Source: Setoptus koraiensis (lineage: Eukaryota; Animalia; Arthropoda). From it: a DNA stretch of 64,000 nt. Below the pieces are notes generated by a model. It was not told where the DNA came from and did not search any database. It was given only the letters and a program-made list of their open reading frames with translations. The translations under genes were made by a program, and so were the position numbers. Below are positions 24,002 through 38,100 of this stretch, in pieces. The stretch is taken from positions 17,174,001-17,238,000 of the forward strand of contig CM106585.1 in the NCBI GenBank assembly GCA_048013815.1, read 5' to 3'. Within the stretch, counting starts at the first letter, position 1, and the number at the start of each line of letters is the position of its first letter.

Positions 24002-25696
24002 TTGTGCTGTGTCTGTGGACAGGTGAGTCTGTGCGTTGGCCAACAGTGGACGCAGTTGGCAAATTTATAAATAATAAATGCGTCTTGTATATGTTAAATG
24101 AATGAACTAGTCATAGGCGCCATGACCACTTTGCCGGCTATCAGCCCATCGGCGTGTCGCAACTCGGATATTCGGATATTCGCAGATATTTGACATATGC
24201 GACATGAGTGTGTGTCTAATGGTGTGTGCCTAATAGTGTGTGCCGGCCAAAATATTAATTATTAATTAATTCAATTCATTCCGATATTGCAAATGATATT
24301 CAATTATATTTTAATTGAATATCATTTGCAATTTCAGCCATTTAGTCGCAGTGTCTGTTGCAGTGTTTTTGGCAGTGTTGTTGCAGTGTTTTTGGCAGTG
24401 TTGTTGCAGTGTTTTTTGCAGTGGTGGCAGCGTTGGCCCAATGCAGCCGATATTCACACTGATTCATACTGTAATGGTCTGCAATTATCAGCTCAAACAC
24501 TCACTGACAGCTACACTTGACTTGTTAATTTCTCAAACTGATCAATCTGGCCAACCACTGGCCAACCACTGGCCAGCCACTGGCCAGAGCAGAGATTTTT
24601 GGTTGCGATTGTGTGCTGGGCGAGCAGCTAACTGACTGAGCTCGCTAATGAAGCCAAAATGGGAGACGAGATTGATATTAGTGATAAATAGCCAGTTGAC
24701 GTGGCCACTCAACAAACAAGTGTCGCCATTGGGCACGCTCTCTCGCTCTTGCTCTGTCCTTATGAATCTCTCATCTTATTGAATCAATTTTTGGCAATTT
24801 TCTGCCGGCTTTCGTTCACAACTTCTCATTCATTTTGTTCATTTTGTGTGAGCGTCTGATAATTTATCAGCGATAAATGAATTTGCTCGCTTGCTGGCCC
24901 AAGTTGGCCTAAACGTCGGGCACACTTTTATTTATTGGCCGTAGTCTAATGAGCGACCCATCTAAGTGTCAGCCCGATGATTGATGACGGTCGCTCATCG
25001 GCTCACCAATTTGCGCTGGCGATTTTGTACTGACAAAATTTGTCACTAGTTTGCTGGCCGAAATTGAGAGTGTTGAGATATGATATTATATTTTACATTT
25101 TACACAAGTGACTTTTTTCGTACAACTTATTTCGTACGACTGTCACATTTCGTACAACTGTCAAGCCATTTCAGACAGCTGACACGGCCCACTTGCGACC
25201 CGAACCGGGCGCCCGATCGACGCCAGCTGAGTAGGCCAGTCAGACCAACTGACTGACGCAAGTGACGCAATGGACGCAAGCGAGCGAGCGAGCGCAACAA
25301 GGTGACACCAAATAAACCGTTACGTCACTATTGTTGCCATCGCGTTATTATTAGCCCGCTCTCTGGGCCTATAACTCATCGGCTGTGTGATTGATTGCGA
25401 CCGAGGCGACATGTAAATGCATTTATTCATTGATATCGTCTATTGATACGCCGTATATATTCTTCGAAACGCCCTATGCATTTACGTTTGCACCGTTGGC
25501 TTGATGGCCGGCTCTCATCTTGTGACAGCTCTCACTTTGCCAGCCTCACCTGTCTGGCCTATGCTTGTGCCTTATGTTGCAAATCGCATAAATTGTTGGG
25601 CGCAAAAGTAGGCGCACAGGTGAGCGAGCGAGAAAAATTAATGGCAATCATGAAAAGTTGACAAGTTTTGCTTGTTTGTTCCTGCAAGTGTGTCGC

Positions 25697-25760
25697 AGGC
25701 ATAATTTGTGACAGATTCGGCTATTCGCTAGGCATAATTTGTGACAGATTCGGCTATTCG
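25697..25760 (+). repeat. 33-nt tandem duplication AGGCATAATTTGTGACAGATTCGGCTATTCGCT x2
   Basis: 31 nt are identical between the copies at 25697 and 25730. Confidence 0.92.
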
Positions 25761-27777
25761 TCACAGATTGTCGTCGCCTAACTATATTAATTGATAGCCA
25801 AAAATTAATATTATCACCAGCGTAATTGGCTGCGTTATTGCCAACGATGATCGCCCACAATGACGAGCGGCGCGCCCCATGATTTATGCGATTGTTTGTC
25901 GACAAATTAATTGTTTGCCGGTCGCAAGCGCGCCGCATAATGTACACAAGTGCTCCTCTGATTGATTGCCCATGCAATTATCCGAATTTCGGTCTGAAAT
26001 TTTCACAACACGACCGATGGAAAGCGGCTCAAATGGGTTCATTATGTCGGCGCCATTGCGAGCGGAATGCGCGCGATTCGCGCACAGCAACCAGCAAGAA
26101 AGTCCATTGAATAGACTCTGTTGAGCCACCAGAGAGTGGGCACCAAGCGAGCGACCAACGCCACGAATTTGCTATCAAGTCATTGGTGTCATTACGCCAA
26201 AAATTTGTTGGAAATTGGCGCGAATCTGTGGCTAATGGCATGCGAGTTGGGCCGACCAAATGCAATTTGCAACTTGCAATTTGCAAACGATTTGTGTGCA
26301 GCCGACAACAGCCGACTGGCTGCATTTTGCTTTGCATTTTGGAGAAAATTTGCTCAAAAATGTGGCCCAAAAGCCAGTTGCTGGCTGCGGCGGCATGAGG
26401 GCGAAATTGTCAAATATTTGGCTCTATCAGCGCATTTGCAAGCAGCGGCGCATATCTCACTGACAGCTAGATTGATGATTTGATTTGTGCGCTGTGGCTC
26501 ACGGCGACCACGATTGATTAGTTGCGCCGGCCAATGTGTCGCCTCGGAGCCGGCCGAGTATCAGCGGCGTGTATCTCGAACAGGTTGAGCTCACTCTCTC
26601 TCATGAGGTTCGTTTGGCGGCGAGCCGCGCAAAGAATCTCTCGCGAGTCGCCAGTCGCGACTCTGTGAGAACTCGCCAGAGATGTCACAACACAGCCGAC
26701 GACACAGCCAACGACACAACGGCCGACACAACAGCGTCACCCGAGTCGGCCGGTTCAGGTGAGCCGAGTCAGCTGATTCAGGTGAGCCGAGTCGGCTGGT
26801 TCAGGTGAGCCTGGGCCGGCGTTATGATGTAGAGCGTTATGCGGCGAGAGCGGGCGAGCATGACACAGCCGGGCCAATATAGAAATAGCTCAAAAAGCAA
26901 ATATCTGGCCGGCCGAGCTGGCCACATATTTGCGATGAGAACAGATAATTGCAAGTGCGCTAATTGATTTTGTTGCTGTTGTTGTTGTTGTTGAAACTTT
27001 TGACTTTTGACTCTTGACTGCGCACTGACAAGTCCGGCCCAGTGGCCGTGAGAACGAGCCGCAACAAGTGGCCCGTCGTCTGTCATCGATGACTCTTGTC
27101 GATGATTTGCCCCATCGAGTGTCGCTGCCATATGGACGCAGTGCCAACAACAGCTCTCACCTGACACTCAGCTGAGAGCTGTCAGCTGTCGCAGTGACAG
27201 CCAGCTCATGCGACCATCAGCCCACTATCGGCTCGGGCCGCTGTCAAACTGTCTCGGCCCGATAGTTTGACAGACGCCGCTTGGCGATCTTGGCGCAATC
27301 GCTGGCTGCGTCGCACAATTAGCATTGGACGCTGTGGGAGTATCACATGAATGTTTGTTGTGCATTCTTTGGCTGCCCCCTTGCGACGGCCGGCCAATGA
27401 CAGGTGACCAATTAGTGCGATTGTGCGCAACTGGGCTCGTCATTTCATTTCATCTCGCTGCTGCGTCGCTCGCCGGGTCGCGGTCTGGCCGTGTCGCGGT
27501 CTGGCCCTCGCAGTGTCGCATAGTGTCCGAGCGACCCGAGCGGCCCGAGCGGCCGCAGTGTCGCGGCGCCAAAGTGTCGCGGTGACTAGCTCATTAGCGT
27601 CGCCGGCGAGCTTCCGGCGCGGTTCATTGCCGACCTGAGCAATGCGCGAGCTTGCTTGCGACTCGCAAGTTGCGATTCACGAATTGCGACTCGCAATCTG
27701 CGAATCACGAATTGCGACTCGCAATCTGCGAGCAACCACGCACAAAGTAAATGGCCACTGCTCGGGGCTCCCCGGTC

Positions 27778-27927
27778 GCGACTGCGATATCTCTGATTGA
27801 GCCATCCCCGATTGTGGTATCCCTAATTGCGACATCTCTGATTGCGATATCTCTTATCGCGATATCCCTGATTGCGGTGTCTCTGATTGCGATATCCCCA
27901 AGTGCGGTGTCCCCGTTTGCGATACTG
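27778..27927 (+). repeat. Degenerate 15-nt array (consensus CTGATTGCGATATCT) x10
   Basis: Units in phase; preceded by a 28-nt duplication at 27678-27731. Confidence 0.85.
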
Positions 27928-29067
27928 CAAGCCCGGGCGCCGCCACAATCGCACCGCGGCGCAATGCCGGCAATATCACAATTAGACAGACTTAATTAAT
28001 CGCTCACAATTGTCAGTGTCGAGCCATTAGGCGAGTGACTTATGCCGGCTCCAAGCTGACCGACTGACTGGCTGGCTCGCTGGCTGGCTGGCTGGCCGAC
28101 TGGCTGGCGAGACGCACAAGACAAAACGACAATGCACGATGAAAAATCACTGCAACTGTGCGCATTAATTATAATTAATTAGGCCCGCTCGTATAGAAAT
28201 TTTTTAGTTTTTTAGCCTCGTTTCGCCCTGTAAAACCAACAGTGTCTTGTGTATGCGAACAAGTGCATTTGTTATTCACGTTACTTGACCATTATTCCAC
28301 GATTAACGTTACTCTATAATAATTGCCGCTGCCGTATAAACGCGCTCGTCGCTGCCGGCCCGGCTCCGCGTTCACCTGTCGGCCTGGCTCTATAATATCG
28401 ATCTATCTATAATGTCGATTTCGTAATGCAAATAACGCTGCCACTTTGCATATTGCACTCAAAACGGCTCGCCCTTTGGCTCGCATAATCTCAATGATAA
28501 TAAGCCAAACAATCAGCAAGCCAATGAGCCAAATAATCGTCAGAGTGGCAATGAAACGAATGTGTTATATTATCGAGCGATGATGGACGGCATATTGCGA
28601 TGATAATTTGATTGTTACCGTGTCAGCCGTTGTTGTTGTCGTCGTTGTTGTCGTTGTTGTTGTTGGTGTCGTTGTTGTTGTTGGTGTCGTTGTTGTTGTT
28701 GGTGCTGCTGTTGCGCCGTCATTACTGGCTTGTGCCGAACAACAATGATAATAAATAACGCGCCCTTAATTGATTTGATCATATCCAGTTGATTGGCAAT
28801 TTCGAGAATTGGAATCAACTCGAGCTGTTGCAGTGAGAGTCTGTCAGAGTTTGCAAAGTTGCAACTTGCAAATCAAGCAACTTGCAGCCGATCAAATAAA
28901 CTCACAATATCAGCCAATATCAACTATCAATGTATCAGCCAGTCAATGCAAGCTCAATATACACAATATATGAGTTTCACTTACTCGCATCGAGCTCACC
29001 GAGGGCTGTGCTATTTGGTATTATTTATGCTCATGTTTATCATTAGTGCCGTGAGTAGATGATACTG

Positions 29068-29156
29068 ATTGATCATTATTATTTCAATTGATTATTATTT
29101 CGACTGATTATTATTTCAATTGATTATTATTCCGAATGATCATTATTTCAACTGAT
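29068..29156 (+). repeat. 16-nt AT-rich minisatellite (A(C/T)TGATTATTATTTC(A/G)) x5
   Basis: Units at 29087, 29103, 29119, 29135 plus flanking partial copies. Confidence 0.88.
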
Positions 29157-32100
29157 GGCAGTCGCTTGCCGTCAGCGACCCATCGGGCCAGGCGCTCATT
29201 ATCGTGGCCGTTGCCGACTAACTGACTTAAACAGATCATCTTCACCTGATTAGCTCATCTCACAATCTTGTACCACAAGTTGTGAGCTTATAACTATAAA
29301 GTTATAACTTATAAGTGACTCGCTGCACAGTTAGTTAGTCGGCAACTAAAATCGGTAAAATAAAAACAAAAATATTTTCTTATTCTCCTATTTTGAATAG
29401 CTCACAGCCAACAGCTGACAGCGGCAACAATTTTATTGTTCTCGTTCGCTTCTTCTCCACACTTCAACTCACCTGTGTAACTCACCTGTGTAACTCACCT
29501 GTGTAACTCACCTGAGCAACCTGAGCAACATGGGCAACACACACACACAGGTGAGTAACAATTGGATATTGGCGCTCGCTTGCCAGTGCTACCCACTTGC
29601 CCGCTCGCTTGCCCACTTGCCAGTGCAAAAGCGGGGCGCCACCAATCGAAGAGCTTGTGGCGAATGTTAGCGAGATAAAATAACAATAATAAATCATCGA
29701 GTTAATCATATTCAAAGCAACAAATGAATAAGGACGCCTTGGCACGCCAATTGCTGCCGCTTGCCACCCCTTGCCGGCCCGCCACACCCCCGCTCGGGTG
29801 GCGCAAAAAGGCGCATTTGATACCGCATGTATGATTGGCCGCTTGTTAGTATGTGTATCAATGGCACGACAACGCAATGCGGTACGCGCTTCGTCGCTCG
29901 GGGCTCGGGTGCGACCGTGCGCGGATTCTCTGCCGATGAAAGGTCCGCGATCGACGACCAACGCAGCACCAGCGACAACAACAGCAACAGCAACAACGAC
30001 AACAACATCGACAGCAACAGCAACAACGACAACAACAACGACAGCAACAACAAAAAGATATTCAAATTATGCCAAATCAGTGAGTCAGTTGAACTGGCTT
30101 GCACAGACTTGCTCAAACTTGTAGGCTCATTTTTACAACAAAATTCAAATCACAATTTGGTGAGAAATCGCCTTTTATGGCGCACACTCTCATATCAAAC
30201 TAATTAAACAACTATCTATCGGCTGCACAAGCTCGTTGTTGTTACTACTGTCGAGTTATTATTATTATTATTATTATACTGCCCTGCGCTGTCCCTAATA
30301 ACTGCCACTAATAAGTCGGCGCGAACAACAACAGCCGCCCGAATGGCGGATAAAACGAGCCGGCCGGGCCAGTTTCATCGCAGCCATTTGCTCATGCAAA
30401 TAAGCGCTAATCAAATGGAATTATTAGAAAGAATTATAAACAAGCGACTCGCAAGAATTATAGGCAGCGATATTATATTATGCATGGATATGTGTATTAT
30501 TTATTATTATTTTTATTATGGCTTCACAATGTTGCTATAACTCGCACTTGTTGTCTTGCTGCTTGCGAGCCCGACCGGCTCGTTTTACTCGTCTCAGCTC
30601 TTCTCGGCTCTTCTCGGCTCTTCTCAGCTCGTCGGTGCTCGCCTCAGCTCGTCGGAGATTCCAGCGAGACGCTAGTGGCGCCGAACGGGCGCATTCCTGC
30701 CGCTGCGCGCAACAATAACCGCTCGGGTCGCCCGTCGCATCCGGCAGCCGCAATCTCGCTCGCAGTCGCACTGCGCCAGTCTCGTCCGAGGAGCGCATGC
30801 TCGCCCGACTTGCCCGAATTAGCCCGACTTGCGCGCCGGTCTAATTAGAGCCCATGATACAATTGACAAGCATTGTGAGACAACAATGGCCCTCGAGAGT
30901 GGTCGTTTTATGGCCTTCGGTGGCGCGCCACCGCCAAACGTTTTACAATGTCCCTAAATAAAAATAAACTTTTAGTGCCATCAATTTCGCTAATCAATTA
31001 CCTGCACTTGTATGCGCTTTTAGTGGCGCTGCCAATCTCAATCTCGGCCGAGCCTCGCATTGTGACCGCTGTCAGCATCAGCTGGCCCGGCACAACACTG
31101 ACAAACAAATGAATAATGCATAATGGATATTCATAATTAGTAATTAAGTTATTAAGTATTGCAAGTTGCCCATCACACACCTGTCACTTGCAGCCCACAA
31201 CAACTGGCTTGCGTGCTGGCCGCGAGAGGGCGCCCTCCGTGCTTGCCGCTTAGCTACTGACAACTTGTGCCAGTCACAAGTTGTCAGTGCTGTCACACTT
31301 GTGTGTGTGTCCACTTGTCTGCTGTCAGTTGCATCTGTCAAAGTCAGCTGTTGGCCAGTGCGCCGCGCAGGCAAGTGTGCGCACGATGCGCAGTGCTAAT
31401 TATAAATTCACAACATTTGTGACTCACAAATGTCAAATGTATTCATAATATTTTGCAAACAACGCTCACAACTGTTGCCTGTTGCGTCACTCGTTTACAC
31501 ATGTTTCACTGATATAATATCAGGCTCGCATCACGCTGCGGGTCACAATTAATTAACTAATTATAATTAACTAATTGCGCGCAACATTCTCTCGCGCACA
31601 ACTTGTGTGCGTGCTGTTGCGCACAATTTGTGTGCGTGCTGTTGCGCACAACAATTGCTGCAGCGAGCGAGGCTCTAGTGATGGCACTTCCGGTGACAGT
31701 GCGCCAATTGTGACGCAATGTCGAGCAATGTGGCGAGATGGCCGTGTGTCGCAATTGAGCCATGGCAAGTATTGATGCGCGTCCGCAGCGGCAAATATAA
31801 TATATTCAGGCTATCATAATGATCGGTTAAACGCGCTCGGCACTATAGAGTGGCGCTGTTGCGGACGGCAGCCGACAATGCCCGCCACTGTTATGTCATC
31901 TGTCATACGCCGAGTTGTGTTTGTGTGCAGAGATTACGTCGCAGCAGTCAATATTGTGCCGCTTGACTTGCACTTGTTGTTGTCGTCGTTGTCGTTGCTG
32001 TTGTTGTCGTTGTTGCTGCTGTTGTCGTTGTTGCTGCTGCTGCTGCCGTTGTCATATTGATGAGAACCATTGATGGGATTCATCAATGGCAGCCGTGAGG

Positions 32101-35100
32101 TGACATGCGACCGACTGCATGCGTTTGATATCGTCTTATATCTGACATGCGAGCACATCCACAAGTCCATTCACAAATCACTGCTGCGTATTGGCTGCGT
32201 ATTGGCCGCAGCATAGTTTTTGCCGCCGCCAAAACGACCCATGATGCATCACCGATGCATCATCGGCGATGCATCGCCATGATGCAGCCAGCGCAATAAC
32301 CGTCGCTGTGAGATGATGAAAATAATAATAATAGACAATCATGATTTTTGTGAATGAATCAAACCACAACTATAATCGCTCGCTCGGTCAGGCGCATTGT
32401 CAGCGGCCGGCGCCGATCAATAGCCCGCAGAAACTGATCGACTGTTAGTGCCACAGGATGATGCATTCTTGTTTTTGGGCATTCTTCTTGGTTACCTGTG
32501 CTCGCATCACACTCACCTGTGCTCGCTTCGGAGTCACCTGTGCTCGAAGCAACAGTGTTGCCGGTGCTCACGACAGTGCTCAATGCAACATGCAACAGCC
32601 AGCGATGCGGTAGCAGTGCAAGCTCAATCAACGGTGACATCGGTGGTGCCGACACGGCCAAACCGAAATTGTTGTCGCCGTTGTCGGCATGCTCACAACA
32701 GCAACAGCCGCATCAACAGCAACAACCGCGCCAACAGCAACAACCGCGCCAACAACAACAGTTGACATCGGCTGAGAATGAGGTTGCGCCACTTGACGGA
32801 CAGTTGCCACTGACAGGTGAGATGAAATGAAACACATCGAGATGAGCGCCATTTTCCGCCGGTAGTTGGCCGATGCCAGATTTATGCGTTATGTTTTGTG
32901 TGTGACTTTGCGTTTTATCTGACCACTGCTGCTGGCCGTCACATTAAACAATATATAAGGCAACCGGCGGCTGCGGCCAATCGAACGACGGCCCTGTTAC
33001 ATAATGAGCGCCACCGCAACCATTGTCGGCCACCGTCAACACTGGCCACTGGTCAGCAAATTTTCAGTGTGTGCCAGTGTCAGCTGTTGGCTGGAGCGCA
33101 AAAATGCATCATTCAACCCATGCATTAGTGCGCCGGCTTGCCTTGATTATTATAGAGTGCCGGCCACGAGACGGCACTCCATCGCAACGGCTCACCTGTG
33201 CCAGGCGCTCGAGAATCGGCGCGCTCACCTGTGCTCGGCGCTCGAGAATCGATGCGCTCACCTGAGCTGATTCTCGTCGGGATGCTGTTGTTGCGTGCGC
33301 TGGCGTCTATTGCAATAAGTGTCTATTGCGGCCGTTGCAATAATATCGTTATTATTATTGTCATTATTGTTGTTGTTGTTGTCGTTGTTGTTGTCGTTGT
33401 TGTTGTCGTTGTCGTTATCAGCTGGTCGGCCCGTGACAGAATCGGCGCCGTGCCCGCCAGCGGCCGCACCAGACGAAACCAGGCGAAAGCGGACGAAACG
33501 AGCCGTTGCGAGCGACCCGACAAAATCAAAGAATGGCACGACTTTAAATACTGACAAGGTAAACTGTGAGTGTCGACACACACACACACCATATTTGCAT
33601 ACTCGAGCTTGCGATTATCCGCCCTCGCTGTGCAACAGCTCGCCGTCCGTCAGCTAGACGCCGTTTCATATTGTTTCGCTGGCCATAATCACAATATCGA
33701 GCCGCACTAAACGGGCCGCGCGAATAATGGCCATTGTTGGCCATCGTGGCCAGGCCATCAGGTTACCTGTCTGCTGTACGCTGCTGATTGTTTGTTTGTT
33801 GGTCGCCTCGTTTGTTTGTCCGTCCGTTTGTTTGTTTGTTTGTTTGTCCGTTGTTGTTTGGCCTGGCCGTAATTGTGTGTCGGGTGGCCATGTCAATTGG
33901 TCTCATTTGAATCATTTCAAATTGTCGAAATCATTTCCATTCATCCGAATTCATCGAAATTCGTCCGAACTCGTCCACATTCATTCAAATGGGTCCGTTC
34001 GTTTGAGTGGCCCGGCCGGCTCGGCGTTGCGAGCGAGCGGCCAGTCACGCCAACAAATGATAAGGTGGCCACTGTGATGATTATAATGGCATCATCATAA
34101 TCAATCTATAATAATCGTGACACTGCCCTGTCCACACTTGCGTCCAGCTCGCAACGCTCGGCATGCGCATAACACAGGTGAATAGCGGCCGAGTGAGCCA
34201 ACAAGTTGTCGTCTGGTTAGAATTAGAATTAGATTATTGCCGGGCATTGGATCATCGTTGGGGCTCGTTCCGAGGGGCAGATCCGGTTGCATGGGCACAC
34301 ACACACAGCCAGAATAGCCGCGAAATGGCCGCCGAAGCATAGGGCTGAGTGAGGGCAAATTCGGCCAAAATTGGCAAAATTGTTGAAAATGGCAAAATTT
34401 TCACAATGGCCCGAGCGGGCAAAATGGCCAAAATTGTGTGTGCCCAATACAATACGAATGCGAAATAAAGACAAAGCGCCACACGGCGGAGCAAATGTTG
34501 GCAAGTGCTGGCCGAAGCCGGCAAATGTGTCTCAGATATATTATAGTATTATAATTGTAGTGTGCCGCCGGCCCACGACAATGGCCGGCTCAATAATTGG
34601 CCATTTCTTGTCTCTCTGGCCGGGTCATCGGATGCGTCCAAGCGATCAGTTTCGGCGATCGGCGTTGCGTCGGCGGCCAGTCGGATGCAACCGTGCGCCG
34701 GCCGGCGTGTGTGCAGACCGAACCGGTGAGCTAGCCGCCACTGCAAAACTCATCTATAATAACAGTGGCGAGCGAGCCGATCGTTGGCGATTGTTTGTCG
34801 GCTGTCGGCCGCTCGCAGTCGCCGCCGAGTCTCTATATCGCTCGCCTGTGCCGTTTGCGTCCGAGTGCGCAGTTCGCAGTTGGCAGTTCGGCGTTCGAAG
34901 TTCGCCAATCGGCTTCGAATTGCGCCAATCGGCTTCGAATTGCGCAATTCGCCAATCGGCTTCAAAGTTCGGCTTCGGAGTTCGGCTTCCAAGTTGCAAG
35001 TTCGGCGTTCGAAATTCGCCAATCGGCTTCGAAGTTCGGAGTTCGGCTCCGAAATTGGCAATTCGGCGAGCGGAGGCATGCGCCTGACGCAACAGCTCGC

Positions 35101-36999
35101 TGTGCGTCGGCTATTGTTGGCCGCCGCGGCGAGCAGACTTGGCCGGCAGAGTGCGCTCGCGACTCACGCTGGCTCACGGCGGCTCGTTGGCCAAAAATCA
35201 TTTATACGGGCGCACCAACAATGGGCACATAAACGGGGCATAGATGGGCCATAGTGATGGCATAAAGAGCAGCGAGAATATAATTGTGTCGCCAACGTCA
35301 GCCGTTCGAGCTCACCTGTGCCGCCGTTCGAGCTCACCTGTGCTGCCGTTCGGTGGCCGCGATGACGCATGGCGTCACTTGACAGCGCCAGCGGAGTGAG
35401 TCAAATAGAAACTCAAATCTTATATCTTGTCTCGTATGACATATCGTCTTATATCTCGTATATTTGATAGGTCAGCCTGTATATCAGCTGATATGGTTGA
35501 TGTCGTTGATGTCGCTCATGTCGCTGATATAGTGACTGTTGCATCGGCCAGCGCGGCCAAACAATCAATGAATGGAGCGCAAAGATGCGCACACCAGGTA
35601 GATAGAGGAAAAAATTTGTCACCTAGAATGAGGTGTGTGCGTTCGCGGCGACAACAACAACAACAGCTTGCTGTGCAGTGTTGCCAGTGGAACGGGAGCG
35701 TCCATTGTTGTCGCTCTGGCTCTCGGCTGTCCGATGACACTTGGAAGCGTTCGCAGCGTTCGCAGCGTTCGAAGCGTTCGCGGCGTTCGAAGCGTTCGCA
35801 ACGCTCGCAGCGCCGAATGCCTAGAACGGCTGCCAGGCGGCCGCATCATCGCTGGCTGGCGTGCAACAAAAAACAACTTGTTCCCAATGCGTTGCTCCCA
35901 ATGATTTCATCATGCCACAGCTACCATATGATTCCATTCACACATTCATTTATCCGTTCTTGTTGGCTGGCCACTGGGCCGCGCAGCGCCGTGCGGCACC
36001 GTGCGGCACCATGAAGAATCGCTCAAGACATGGCTCGACATGGCACAACGTCGCTCGACATGACATAACAGCCCCACATGACAGCCCTGTGATCGCCTTA
36101 TAGGATCAGGTGTGACGCAACACTGGCAAAGATGATCATTTTGCCAGCGCGCAGCATCAGCGAGTGCTGATGCAGTGTCTGAAGGCTCGCCAATCTCGGC
36201 GTCATTGTCGTCGCTCGACAACAACAACAACAACGACAACAACAACAGCAACAACGACAACAACAACGACAACAACAACAACGACAACAACAACAACGAC
36301 AACAACAACAACGACAACAACAACAACCAGCCAACAACAAAGAATCGCAGAAATAGAAACACAATTAAAGAGATGATTTCTCCACTATGAGACTATGACG
36401 CGACTATGCGACTACTGTGAGACTGTGTGACACTATGAGAACCCGACTATGAGACTCGCTCGCTGAGATTCTCATAGTGGCTCATTGGCGTCGCTATTCA
36501 CACACTTGTTACGACTTGCAACTTTTTGCCGGCGTGACTTATGCCCATGTCGACTTATTGAAGATGATTTCTCTATCCATGCATCGGGCGTACAGCGTAC
36601 CTAGCGCGGCAATCAGCGACGATTATTAGCGATCGTGAGCCAACAGTCGTCTCGAAATAAGCCCAATGCAGCCGAATGGAGCCGAGCGAAGCCCAATGGA
36701 GCCGAAATGAGCCGAGTGAAGCCAAAACGAGTGGAGATCGGTGCAAATCAGCGGCGAAACGGCAGCAACAAGGGCAACGAGATGGCAAATAATACACACA
36801 CACACAGACATTTCAGGCAATAATATCAACTATTGCATGAAAATAATATTATTATTGCGTGATACACACACACACCATTACACAGACACAGTGTTGCTAT
36901 TATTTCGAGAGAAACTATTCAAAAAGTGACATTTACACTTTTCATGTTTGCTCTTTGTCTGTTGCAAAGTGTCATCTCGACTGTGTTTATTATTCGGTC

Positions 37000-37080
37000 T
37001 TTCTCGGTCTTTCTGATTTAGTGTTTCTCGGTCTTTCTGATTTAGTGTTTCTCGGTCTTTCTGATTTAGTGTTTCTCGGT
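37000..37080 (+). repeat. 24-nt minisatellite TTTCTCGGTCTTTCTGATTTAGTG x3.4
   Basis: Perfect copies at 37000, 37024, 37048. Confidence 0.93.
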
Positions 37081-38022
37081 GTTTTGATTTGTTGTCGCTC
37101 ATCGACACACTCGCTAGCTATCGCTGGGCTTGCAGATCTGGGCACAATGACAATAGAAGGGCAAGAATAGAGCGCGATATTGCTCATTTGTGTCGAGTGT
37201 GTCGCTAATTAAGACTCGCTCATTTGCCGCTGCCAACAACCAAGCTCACTAATGATACACACACACAATTCGCGTCTTTGACTGATACATGGTCTGTCAC
37301 AGCAACGATGATACACGGCGTATGGGATCAAATGATCAAATGATCTAATGACGCTCACATCAGCATACAATCGACGAGATGATTAGACAAATCAAATGAG
37401 AGCTCACACACTCGTCGTTGCCACTTGCCTGCCAGTTTACAGGCGAGCCGACAGGTGAGCCCGACAGGTGAGCTTACAGCCGACAGGTGAGCTCACAGGT
37501 GAGCTTACAGCCGACAGGTGAGTTTACAGGTGAGCCGACAGGCTGAGACAGACAAAGAAAACAAAGGTTATTTTATCATCATTCGGCAATTCATTTCATT
37601 CGGTGCAATCCGTTCAATTGTGTGAATTGTGCGATGACACTTTTTGGATACTTTACATGCCATCAGCGACTTGTGTGTGTGTGTGTGTGTGTGTGCTCAT
37701 TCGAGACAGATCATTTCGAGAATTCATTTCAACTTTTCAGCTGCTAAAACCAACAGCCAATATTCCGACAATCTTTCCTCAATCTGACACGCCGATTATG
37801 TTTGTTCGTTTGTTTGTTTGTTTCTATAAACAAACAAACATTTGACAGACTTGCCAGCAGACAGTCGATGTACGCGCACTGTCAGTGTCGATACATTCAG
37901 TGGCAACTTTATGCAACTTTATGTCAACTTTGTGCCATCGCCACTGCACACAATCAACGCAATCTATACAACGCAATCTCGCCTCATTGTGAGCTGTCAA
38001 CACGGCTGACCAATGTGAGCAC

Positions 38023-38100
38023 AATCTGACAAGTCAATAATCTGACAAGTCAATAATCTGGCAAGTCAATAATCTGGCAAGTCAACAATCTGACAAGTCA
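38023..38100 (+). repeat. 16-nt minisatellite AATCTGACAAGTCAAT x5
   Basis: Units at 38023, 38039, 38055, 38071, 38087. Confidence 0.92.

Noticed and set aside
36635-36823. MSRVKPKR as a possible spalt exon 1 NuRD motif
   Set aside because: Does not match MSRRKQxKP, is internal to a repeat-derived ORF, and has no obvious splice donor.
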